This document shows positions 49,448 through 60,694 of a stretch of 64,000 nt of DNA, one piece after another (within the stretch, counting starts at the first letter, position 1; each line of letters begins with the position of its first letter). The stretch is from Takakia lepidozioides (Eukaryota; Plantae; Bryophyta). Location: contig CM060732.1 in NCBI GenBank assembly GCA_030704615.1, positions 69,874,001-69,938,000 on the forward strand, written 5' to 3'. The translations under genes and the position numbers were made by a program. The notes beneath the pieces were generated by a model. That model worked only from the letters and a program-made list of their open reading frames with translations. It was not told the DNA's origin and ran no database searches.

Positions 49448-49993
49448 GTATGATGTACTTGTCATGTGAAGTCTATGTACCGAAATAAAAAATGCGAGTC
49501 TTTTCACGTACTATTCCAGTGGTGATGAGCATTTTTGTGTACTGTGGGTGCTGGCATGTTTTGTAATGTTGTCACTAAACTCAATGGACACAATGGTGTC
49601 AATTTTTCCATGCACTGTGCACCCGAGTCTGCTGAGCTTGAATGTGCGAGCAGTACGCTGCCGAGGCTAGGACTACTGGGTCTGGTACCTAGTCTGGGAG
49701 GCACCATGTCCATGAGTCCGCTGGGACGCTGGATTGGCATAAGTTGCAGGGATGAGGTGGAAGTGTGGTGAGCAGACTTTTGGAGTGGGCAGCAGACTGA
49801 CCAGCAGACTGGCTTACTGGCGCTCGCAGTCTGTTGACTGTGACTCCGTTAGGAGACTGTGCGTGAGTCCGTTGGGAGACTATGCTTGGGAGACTGTGTG
49901 GGAGTCAGTTGGGAGACTGGAGGAGTCTGTTGGGAGACTGTGCATTAGTCCATTGCGGACTTGTATTTCAGAAAAGGACAATGCTACCAGAAG

Positions 49994-50180
49994 AAATTGC
50001 AGACTTATATTGTCTTCTTCGTGACACCTACACGACATGTCACCTTGTCTCTTTTCGAGGAATTGCAGACTTATATTGTCTTCTCCGTGATACCTACACG
50101 ACGTGAAACCTTGTCTGTTTTCGAGGAATTGCAGACTTATATTGTCTTCTTCGTGACATCTACACGACCTGAAACCTTGC
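49994..50180. repeat. ~63-66-bp tandem repeat x3
   Basis: aattgcagacttatattgtcttct.cgtga.a.ctacacgac...accttg recurs at ~49995, ~50061 and ~50127. Confidence 0.85.
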
Positions 50181-52886
50181 AAATTTTTGAGTATATATGT
50201 GCTGCAGGTACAGGTGCAGACACCCTCTTGCTGGTTCTCCGCAAAACCCTAGGCCGGGTTTTCCAGGCCTCCACGAAATCTCGTCTCCTTTTCAGAGACA
50301 TGTTGTTGTTGTCATTCAGAGGACGGAAAGCCTTCGCTGCCGCAGGGTGCAACATTCCAGCCGCACTTTTCGCCAGGATATCAACGAGCTGCCCTCTGCA
50401 CATATGAAGAGCAGATCGGGCATGTGCCTCCAGGTATTTGTCATCACCTATAATGCGAAGTATGTCCGCGAATTCTTGTTCCAATGAGGCTGAGACCTGC
50501 AGAGGTGCCTCGTCGTAGGGGAAGTCGTCCGGAGGATGTCTTTCCATGAACTGATTGGATTCGTCGATGCCGCCGGCACCATTGCCCAAGAGCAAGTTAG
50601 GTAATCCTCCATGAATGGTTCCCAGCGCCGTGCCACAAGCGCGCACAAGGAGGCCATCCTGCAGGTCAGGGTGAAGCATCTTCAGGACACGGACCTGATG
50701 CTTGCATAAGTTTCCCTTCATTGCCCATGGGCACGTGCAACAACCCCAATCGCAATCAGGATTGTAAACAATGTATGTTGTGCCGGGGTGGTTGCTGCTG
50801 AGAACGTAGGCTGGTTCACCAGGACCAAGGGAAGAGTAACACTCTCAGCAGGAATGTCTCGTGCCGCAAGTATAGAACTGGATATGTACTTTTCGTGTTT
50901 GTCATTTCTTATGAACCCGTGGGTCTTCAAATGGATTGCATACCAGTAGTGTGTTAGCACACGGCCAGTGAGTTCCCATATAAGCCAGTCCACTCTACGA
51001 CCACTCATCTTGCCTTTCCCCATGACAAGTCTTGCCTTCAGATTTCCATGGTATGCCTCAATGCTTTCGTTTGTGTCTTGGCTCGCATGAGGGACATTGC
51101 GGGCTGCTGTACACCACATTGCTATTTTGGGCTTCCAGTACTGTTCGATATAGTCAAGAAATTCATGTCCTTTCGGGTATTTTGACCTCATACGACGAAT
51201 TCTCCTTGCAACCCACCGAAGCGCTCTTTTCTCGTTGTACGGTCCCCCTCTACAGTACATGAGGTCTCCCATATCCTTCAACAAGTTTACAGCGGTCACC
51301 GGATCCTTTGTTTTCTTGCATGATTGCTTCACCCATGCCTTGCGGACATGCCAAAAGCAAAGGAAAATGAGTATTCCTTCAAAAACAATTCTGCACAACA
51401 CACATGATACACATTAGAGTCTTGGGATCGGACTGCAATGGTGGACTGCCGGAGTGGACTATAACAGCGACCTGTATCAGCGGGCAGAGCCACTGGACTC
51501 GCCCAGTGGACAGTACAATGTCATGACGTTGATGTGCTGGAATAACCCCATTGGACCACCCAGTGGACTTCCCCTAGCTAAGACTGGGGCAGCGGACTGC
51601 CCCAGGGACTGCCGAGTGGACTTGGCAGTGGACGGCCGACCCCAGGGACTGCTGAGTGGACTTGGCAGCGGACTGCTAGCGGACTTGGCAGCGGACTGCT
51701 AGCGGACTTGCCAGGGGACTGATGACCGGACTTGACAGCGGACTACCAGTGGATTTGCCCAGCGAACTGCCATCGGGTTTCGCCACATGAGTCTGCTAGT
51801 GGACTGTAGCAATGGACTGCTGCAGTGGACTTCGACAATGGACCGGTGCTGTGGACCAACAGACTTACCGAATAGCGTTGATTTCTGCTTCGGCATCGTC
51901 CACAATGAAGGCATTGGGTCGCCAGCTCGGCAAATCTGCGAGGAGTGAATCGCGCAAGGCTCTTATCCACGGAACCAAGTCTCTTGTCCGATTCCTCGCG
52001 GATAGGATATAGGCAACTGGTATACCGTTCAACCACTCGTCGAAGACCATCAACGTGTACAATGGGAACTGTTGGAATGCACAATGTAAGATGGTCAGAG
52101 CATGCAAATTCCGCTCAGTTCTGCACGAGAAGACTTCATAAGAGTGATGAGGTCTGTAGCGGTTCACAATGGGTCTGCCTCTCGGTCTTCCGCAACGTAC
52201 ACAACCCTAAACATACAGAAAGGGTCAGCACACCAAATATTATGTGAATGTTGCATGGTACTATGCTATCATGCTCGTACAAGTCCATGGAATCGTTCGA
52301 ATAGTACATTGTCATGATTTGTCCCAAAGGTTGCATCACATGCAACGATACGGTCATGTCCTAGTTCCAGCATTCGTCGTTTCTGCCACGGAGTCTGTAT
52401 GCCAATAGTGAATGTCAAATCTCCATCAAAATGCTCGAATGTTGGCTCTAATTTCTCCTCTTGATAGAAAAAAACGGACGCAGGATTCTGGTCTCTCCAC
52501 ATGCACACACTCTCTACATCATCGGCGTGCTTTTTGAAGGTTTGCCATGCACGTTTTTCGGCAAGGTTGCGAACATCTTGCTCCAACAAGAAATCATCGC
52601 GGGTCCATGCATCGCCCAAGCCGGTGTTGTTCATCACGTGCTCTTTATGCTCCATCATGATTTGGGCGACCGATAGGCTTCGGCACAAACACTCGACGAC
52701 CCAGACTTTCAATTCCTCGCTAATGTGTGGTACATAGGCGTGGCGGGTGTTCCTGAACTCTGCGGACTTCCCATGCGAGGGTTTCCCTTGCGCATCTGTA
52801 TGCTCCATGTTGTTGTAGTACGTGAGGACACAGATGTCAGGGGCGAGATAGCATTGCTGGACCTTGAAACAACATTGGCAACCACA
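50137..52886 (-). pseudogene. MULE DDE transposase with SWIM zinc finger (core and C-terminus)
   Basis: Exons ~52886-52308 (CGCQC...FFYQE...IGIQTPWQ...DATFGTN), ~52071-51870 (FPLYTLMVFD...GIPVAY...FIVDDA), ~51390-50137 (CFWHVRKAW...TNESIEAYH...CTCPWAMKGNLCKH). One frameshift at ~50825. Confidence 0.85.
51430..51860. repeat. Low-complexity (g/c)ggact minisatellite in a transposase intron
   Basis: Many gtggact/gcggact units, e.g. gcggactgctagcggacttggcagcggactgctagcggacttg. Confidence 0.7.
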
Positions 52887-53727
52887 CGAGAATCAAAACT
52901 TCAATGAATACTCTGTGGTTGTGTCCAGGGGCAATGAAGACCTTGGAATCCTGGATACTAGGCAGAAAAGGCTCGGGCAGGTCCTCTGGAAGAAGTGGAT
53001 GCTCATGAGGTGCCTGGTACCTTGGTTATGTCCCTTCATCCCATGAAATGTGCCTCTGTTATAAGTTTCAAAACCCTGAAAAGGGCACACAATCTTGTTT
53101 CTTGGTGTCTTCTCCATGTCGACTCACAACAGCCCTGGAGCCCAAGTTTCTTGGCCTGTTTCCGCTCATTTGCGTGCGTGCCTTGTGTGACTTCCTGCTG
53201 CAGTCTGAGTCCACCCAGATTGTTCATGATCCTATAGAGCCCAGTTGTGGGGTTTCAACTTTTGACCCGCAATGTTTTGTGTTTGTGAAGCCCAAATTCT
53301 CGGGGAAGGCAGGTCTTTTTATGTACATTTGGTACTCCAACAGACAAATTTTGATTCCAGCTCCAATTCCGCCATAGACTTGTGTGACTATCCCGGTCGT
53401 CTGGCCAGGATGGGCAAAGGCCAGAAAGAGACATAATTAACTTTATGGATAGCCTCCAGCCTTTCTCCAGCATTCCTCAACATAGGACCTGCACATATGT
53501 CTTTGATGTTTATATGCAACCTGCACAAGAGCAGGGGACTACATTGGATCAGATCTTTGGATCAGTCTTTGCAATCCTACAAGGACAATATAAGGTCTGA
53601 CAACGTGAGGCCATCTCTAAGGGCCTTTCTACACGGGCGGCACAACCACAGTCACGTTGCTTGCATCAGGGTTGCAAGAATAACCAAAACAGGACCAATA
53701 GTCCCTCTTCCTCACACACCGGCGAGG

Positions 53728-56700
53728 ATGGCAGCTGCGCGTCTTTCCGCGTTCTCATGCCCACTCCATACGCAAGGCCATGTCTTCTCGCTGTCATGCG
53801 AGAGGCCTAGCGTCAAGCGGCGGATGATAGGGCTGGGCTGTGGAGCTGAAAGCGGCATCCCCCTTTGGCGATGCGCAGAGGACGGAGTCTCTTGCATATG
53901 GTGGGTTCGGTGGCTATGGCGCCTTCAGGGATGCCATTCAAATTAGGTGATCACACGAAACACTTCGAGCTTTCCTTCTTTGGGGTCGCTTTGTCGTATG
54001 TATGCGCCGTCGGATCCAGGCTCGTTTTGCGCAATTCAGCAGAAACGAGTGTACTGTGGGCAAAGAAGCAAGAAAACGCACGGGATCGTTAGACAAGGCC
54101 TCTAATTGGTATATCTGGCGTGTAGGTCATCGCTGGAGCATGGAACAGCGCTGGCAGGGGTTCTTTAGAGCTACTTCACAATGGTGGGACAGTAGCCTTG
54201 ACAAGGTGAGCTTTCTTTCTGTAGGATGAGAAAGGGAGTTTGACTGAACTCTGCTATGATCGTATTGTGTGCACTGCATTGTACCTTTTGCTGAGTGAAG
54301 TCAGAATCTCGCTTTGCTCTGGAAAAATCTGCTTTTACTGTCAGTATGGTAGGTTGTTCTTCCTGAGCAGGGCATGAAAGTAGGATGCGCAAGGTCTTTC
54401 CCCTAGAGTTTGCAAGGTACTTGGGAGGGTTGAGACTTGAGGCTGTGGCTGCTCAGCTGCTCCCTGGTCGTTTTCACAGACCACTCCAAAATCTCGAGAC
54501 TACAGACTTTAGCTGGTTTAGCAGGTTTAGCATATGTGTAAGTTTGGACATGTTCGAATGTTTCTCATTGTGTAGAGTCTCTAATGGAGCCCAAAATGAC
54601 TTGCATGATTGTTGTTGAAAGCTCTCTAGCATTCCTCCATAAGGGAACTTGTCAAAATTTTGATGCTGTGGGATTTCGAGCACAAAGGTCTACTGTGGAG
54701 CATGGATTAGAGCATGAAGATCCTTCTCAATGATGGGACAAATGCAACCGCAAGGTGTGGCTTTCTTAATTTACAATGTGAAAAAGTTTGTCCATCCTGC
54801 AAATTTTGGACTCTTCCGTTAGTTTCCTGGTGTTTACAAGGTACTTGGGAGGGTCAGCTTGGTCGTAGCAGGCCGAGTTTAAATCTATGGCTGCTCAGGT
54901 GCACCGTGGTGGTTCTCCAGACCAATTCGAGATCACCTGACTACAGACACAAGCAGCACACATGAGAGGTCCTTTTGGGTTGATGGTCAGTTGAATCCTC
55001 CATGGTTGAAGGAAAAGCTAGCTGCTTTCATGACACAAGGTCAAGGACACTGTGGTGAGGGCACCTTCCCCTTCAACACATTTCAGCCTGTTTTGCCCTC
55101 TTGCGGGTGTCGTCCCTAGTTTTTCATGTTGAATTCTGCAAGTAAGCTCGTTGGGTGGATCTATGATGGTTCGGAGTGATTTTAACATGTTACTGCCAAT
55201 GTGGCAGCAGGAAAGTATCCAAACACAACTAACGGAGACGAGGAGAAGCTCTGGACTGAATATTTATCCAACCCCAGTCAATGGTGGGACAATCAAAGCA
55301 AATAGGTGACTGCCTGTTAGATCGCAAAGAGAAGCAGACAACAAGATGCAATGCAAATCATTGCTGGAAATTGTCATCCTCTCTCTCCTCGGCACATTTT
55401 CCAGTCCTGGGAGCAATTCAGCGTAGAGCTAGTGTGTGATGAGTAGGGTTGGGGTGTTTGCTAGAACAAATCTAGGCTGTCATTGTCAGCTGCTAGCAGC
55501 AAGACAAGGATCTATACACGACTGGTGCCGAGGCCGGGATTGCTTAAGGAGTAGGGATAAAGTGTGGGTCCAGATTCACCCAAGAGGACCGGGTTTGAAG
55601 GACAAGATTCCCTATGATTCCCTGTGGATCGATAGCTACAAGAAACCCGCATGGGTAGATGGTCAACTGGACGCAGAGCACAATTTTTAAAATCAGGCTC
55701 TGCATGAAGGCACCTTAACACATTTCAGCCTGTTTTTCTCTCATATCAGAGTCATCCCTAATATTTCATGTTGACTTCTGCAAGTTTGCTCGCTGGGTGG
55801 ATATATGGTGGTTTGGAGTGATTTTGACATCTTACTGCCAATGTGGCAACAGGAAAGTATCCAAAAACAGATAACAGAGACAAGGAGAAGCTCTGGAATG
55901 AATATTTTTCCGACCCCAGTCGATGGTGGGACAATCGAGGCAGAAAGGTGAATGCATTTTAAATTACACAGAATCAGACACAATTCAGAAGTAGGGTTGG
56001 GGTGTTGGCTAGAAGAAATCTAGGCTGTTTTTGTCAGCTGCTCGCAGCAAGGCGAGGATGTATGCTTGATTGGTGCAGAGGCCGGGATAGCTGAAGTAGC
56101 AGGGATAGAGTGTGGATCCAGATTCATCCAAGAAGGCCGGATGTCAAGCACAAGATTACCTATGATTTCCTGTGGATCGATAGCTACAAGAAACCTGCAT
56201 GGGTAGATGGTCAACTGGAAGCGGTGGCAGTGGCACAGTTTATAAAATCAGGCTTCTCGACCATGACCACAGCTTCCAAAAGAGGACCAAGAGCGGGAGT
56301 CCACAATGCCTCTTCTGGCACTTCTGGGCATGTGAGGATGCTCAGTGAGGCAGGCCAACTGAAAGAGGCTCTACAGACTTTAAACCAAGGAGGCATTTCA
56401 GCAGATGCAGATACATATGTCTGTCTCTTGCATAACTGCATCAAGATGAAATGCCTGGAAGCTGGAAAGCAGGTGCATGCTCACATTATCCAGAGTGGAT
56501 TCAAGCCAAACGTTTTTCTACACAACACCCTTGTCAACATGTATGTTAAGTGTGGGAGCATCGTCGATGCTCACCAAGTGTTCAACAGAATGCCTCAACA
56601 AGGTTTGATCACATGGAATATAATGATGGCAGGATTTACCAAGCATGGGTATGGTAGGGAATTTTTCAGATTTTGGCCTAATTGTTCGGAAACTATGGGA

Positions 56701-59400
56701 TCAAGCCTCTTCTCATGTTGTTTGTAATAAGCTTTGGAGACCTATGAGCAAATGATGCGGGAAGGGGTGAAGCCCAACCACATCACGTTTGTTTGCGTTT
56801 GCAATTCGTGTGCGAGCATGGCAGCCCTGGAAAAGGGCAAAGAGGTCCATGGTGACATCATCAAAGCTGGAATTGTACCAGATGTCATTCTGAACAGTAC
56901 CCTTGTGGACATGTATGCGAAATGTGGGTGCATCGAGGATGCAAAGGGAGTATTCAACAATATGGCTAAACAAAATGTGGTGTCATGGAATGCGATGATC
57001 ACAGGATATGCACAGCAGGGGCGTGGGATGGAGGCTTTGGAGACCTATGAGCAAATGATGCGGGAAGGGATAAAGCCCAACAACATCACGTTTGTTTGTG
57101 TCTGTAATGCATGTGCAAGCCTGGTAGCTGCAGAAAAGGGCAAAGAGGTCCATGGTGACATCTTCAAAGCTGGAATTGTACCAGATGTTGTTCTGAACAC
57201 TGCTCTGATGAACATGTATGCCAAATGTGGGAGCATTGAGGATGCAAAGGGAGTGTTCGACAATATGGCTGAACGAGATGTGGTGTCGTGGAACGCGATG
57301 ATTGCAGGATATGCACAGCAGGGGTGCGGGATGGAGGCTTTGGAGACCTATGAGCAAATGACGCTGGAAGGGGTGAGGCCAAAACACATCACGTTGATTT
57401 GCATTTGCAATGCGTGTGCGAGTCTGACAGCCCCAGAAAAGTGCAAAGAGGTCCATGGTGACATTCTCAAAGCTGGAATTGTACCAGATGTCATTCTGAG
57501 CAATACCCTTGTGGACATGTATGCCAAATGTGGGAGCATCGAGGATGCAAAGGGAGTGTTCGACAATATGGCTAAACGAGATGTGGTGTCGTGGAACACG
57601 ATGATCACAGGATATGCACAGCAGGGGAGTGGGATGGAGGCTTTGCAGACCTATCAGAAAATGAAGCAGGAAGGGGTGAAGGCCAACCACATCACATGTT
57701 TGCGTTTGCATGTGCGAGCCTCGCAGCCACCGAAAAGGGCAAAGAGGTCTATGGTGACATCGTCAAAGCTGGAATTGTACCAGATGTTGTTCTGAACACT
57801 GCTCTGTTGAACATGTATGCCAAATGTGGGAGCATTGAGGATGCAAAGGGAGTGTTTGACAACATGGCTGAACGAGATGTGGTGTCCTGGAACACGATGA
57901 TTGCAGGATATGCACAGCAGGGGCCTGGGATGGAGGCTTTGGAGACATATGATCACATGATGCTGGAAGGGGTGAAGCCCGACCTTATCACGTATGTATG
58001 CGTTTGCAATGCGTGTGCGAGCTTGGCAGCCCTGGAAAAGGGCAAAGAGGTTCATGGTGACATCGTCAAAGCTGGTATTGTACCAGATCTCGTTCTGAGC
58101 AATACCCTTGGGGACATGTAATGTGGGTGCATCGAGGATGCAAAGGGAGTGTTCGACAATATGGCTGAACGAAATGTGGTGTCGTGGAACACGATGATCG
58201 CAGGATATGCACAGCAGGGGCATGGGATGGAAGCTCTGGAGACCTATGAACAAATGATGAGGGAAGGGGTGAAGGCCAACCACATCACGTTTGTTTGCAT
58301 TTGCAATGCGTGTGCAAGCCTGGCAGCCGCAGAAAAGGGAAAGGAGGTTCATGGTGACATCATCAAAGCTGGAATTGTACCAGATATTGTTCTGAACACT
58401 GCTCTGATGAACATTTATGCCAAATGTGGGAGCATTGAGGATGCAAAGGGAGTGTTCGACAATATGGCTGAACAAGATGTGGTGTCCTGGAACGCAATGA
58501 TCGCAGGATATGCCCAACATGGTTGACATAGGGAGGCCCTGCAATTATTTGAAGGAATGCAAAAGGAAGGCTTGAAGCCGGACAGTATCGCCTTTATATG
58601 TGCTCTCTCTGCATGCAGCCACGTGGGCCTACTGGATGAAGGAAGACGCTACTTTGATTCCCTAAGTCAAGATCATGGTGTCACTCCAACAGTAAAGCAC
58701 TTTGGCTGCATGTGGATCTTCTTGGGCGTGCAGGGCAATTGGACGAGGCAGAGGACCTCATTGACAAAATGCTAATAAAACCAGATGTTGTGGTGTGGAA
58801 GGCCTTGCTGGGTGCCTGCAGAATCCATGGCAATGTGGAGATGGCTGAATGTACGCAACGTCTATTCTCAAGTGGGCTGAACAGGATGCCGCGACGTATG
58901 TGTTGCTATCGAACATCTATGCCGCAGCTGGCACATGGGACGATAGTGCAAAGGTGAGAAAAATGATGAAGGTCAGAGGGGTTAGAAAGGATCCAGGTCG
59001 CTGCTGCATTGAGGTTGGCAACAGGGTGCACACCTTTGTTGTAGATGACAACTTGCATCCCAAAATCAAGGAAATCCATGCTGAGCTGAGAAGATTGTCT
59101 GGGCAGATGAAGGAGGCAGGATATGTGCCTTACACACATTTTGTATTGCATGATGTGGAGAAGGAGCAAAAAGAATTTTCTCTTTGCCACCACAGTGAGA
59201 AGCTGGCCATTGGTTTTGGGCTGATCAGCACGGCCCCTAGGATGCCTCTCCGTCTCATCAAGAATCTTCGGGTGTGTGGTGACTGCCACACCTCCACCAA
59301 GTTCATCTCAAAGATTGTTGGCCGAGCAATTGTTGTACGGGACGCTAACCGCTTTCACCACCTTGCAGATGGTGGTTGTTCTTGTGGGGATTACTGGTGA
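53728..59400 (+). pseudogene. PLS-class PPR RNA-editing factor (E-DYW, PG-box type) with N-terminal OSB-like PDF motifs; multiple disablements
   Basis: Putative transit peptide from 53728 (MAAARLSAFSCP...). Four W-x-F...WWD / P-x-PD-HK...LW modules at 54140-56230. P-L-S repeats at ~56340-58550, then E/E+ domains and DYW: KDPGRCCIEV, HSEKLA, KNLRVCGDCH, CSCGDYW*. Frameshifts at ~56700, ~57700, ~58710 and ~58850; stops at 58119 and 58524. Confidence 0.88.
56730..58530 (+). repeat. ~303-bp tandem repeat x6 (PLS triplet expansion)
   Basis: The 101-aa unit MEALETYEQMMREG...ITFVC.CNACASL...GKEVHGDI.KAGIVPD...MYAKCGSIEDAKGVFDNM...VVSWN is repeated with high DNA identity. Confidence 0.9.
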
Positions 59401-59959
59401 AACGATGTTTTCCTGGAAAGGTTTCTGTAACTTGTGTCGACGATGTCCAAGCCTGGAACGAAATCATAACCTCAAATGGGTTCAAACTTCAAACGTGCCA
59501 ATCAAATGCTTAACATCTTTAAGCTAGTAATTCTTTGTTGGTGTAAGAAAACTGTGTGTTTGTGTGAGAGGGCATCAATTGTTCGTTAGGCTTAGAGAAC
59601 TGTCGAGAAAGGAACGAAGGAATTGACTCACTGGGGATGTTTGTATCCATGTTGGAAAATTTGACAATGCACAAGTCAAGCATCTGACTGAGGAGCAAGA
59701 TTAGATTATCTATCTAGAGATTCTTTACAATCTGTGAAGATGAATGCCAATTCAAGTGAAGTACCCACTCACCTCACGAGATCAATCTTGAAAAGAAGTC
59801 ATAATTTTGAGAATCTAGGCTCTCAAATGTTACACTTGAGACATTCAGAGAATCTCACAACGCCAGTTGAGCTCATAAGATTTGCGACCTCGTTCGGCCC
59901 CGATTTGCAGGGTTACTTACCCAGGCTTCTCTTGCATAATTTGGGATAAGGTGTCGAAG

Positions 59960-60190
59960 TAGCCACGTGGGCTGATCTCGCACGTGTGGGAAGGTCAATG
60001 CCGTCACTTTGGCTTGTCGCGACGTCGCGACTCGCAAGCGTGGTTCTAGAGAGGGCCGAGTCTCATCAGAGCTCCCTGTCTGGGCAGGGAAGGTCTAGAA
60101 GCTCCATGGCACATTCTAGAGAGGGCGAGAGAGTTCTCACAGACAGCAACGGCATGGGTGATGCGTATCCTTTGGAGTTCCATAAATACT
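59960..60190 (+). promoter_or_regulatory. Putative sHSP promoter: G-boxes, imperfect heat-shock elements, TATA-like box
   Basis: CACGTG at ~59964 and ~59981; ttctaga / gtctagaagctcc / ttctaga HSE-like modules at 60044-60120; cataaata at 60181. A 5'UTR intron probably spans 60386-60673. Confidence 0.45.
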
Positions 60191-60694
60191 CGCTCGTTCG
60201 CCGACCTTGGCAAGTGTTTTAACTGACTTTTCTTCCACTTATCGTACCTGAAGTTCTTCGTCTCTGCCCAGTCAGGGGATAGGGTGGAGATTTCGAGTCT
60301 CTCTGCCCTGCTTTGGTGTGAAATATCGCCGGTGTAGCTGGGTTCTGAGCTTGCACTTGTCCTTCAGCTCGACAGAGGTTTTTGGGTAAGTATCCAGGTT
60401 CCCAGTTGGCGTTGTGAGTCGAAACGCTGTTAGTCTCTCAGTTGGAGGACATCTTCACCCATTTTTCTCCTATCGTTGTTTTCTTCGTGGTTTGTATTCG
60501 GTTGCGTTTCCGACTTAGTCATGGAAAGTTTGAGTTGTGTGAAGGATGTTGCTTCTTTCTCCGAGTCCCAAGTATTTCAGCTGTCGAGTCAGCTATTTAT
60601 CTGTCTTTCTGACATTCGCCTTACCCACATGGTCTGTTGTGATGACTTTCTCATATTGCTTCGCAATTTTGCAGTTTAAAAGTCAAGATTTGTC

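Larger units (their letters stand above)
44019..52886 (-). mobile_element. Mutator (MULE) element, 3' half (inverted): TIR, Ulp1-like cargo gene, transposase core
   Basis: TIR at 44019-44274; transposase exons on the minus strand at 50137-52886; convergent Ulp1-like gene on the plus strand. Confidence 0.85.

Noticed and set aside
56742-58544. Long minus-strand ORFs (242 and 296 aa)
   Set aside because: Antisense shadows of the repetitive PPR coding sequence.
58980-59400. U-to-C (DYW:KP) type editing domain
   Set aside because: The domain starts KDPGRCCIEV (PG box) and has canonical HSEKLA, CxDCH and DYW, so it is the C-to-U type.
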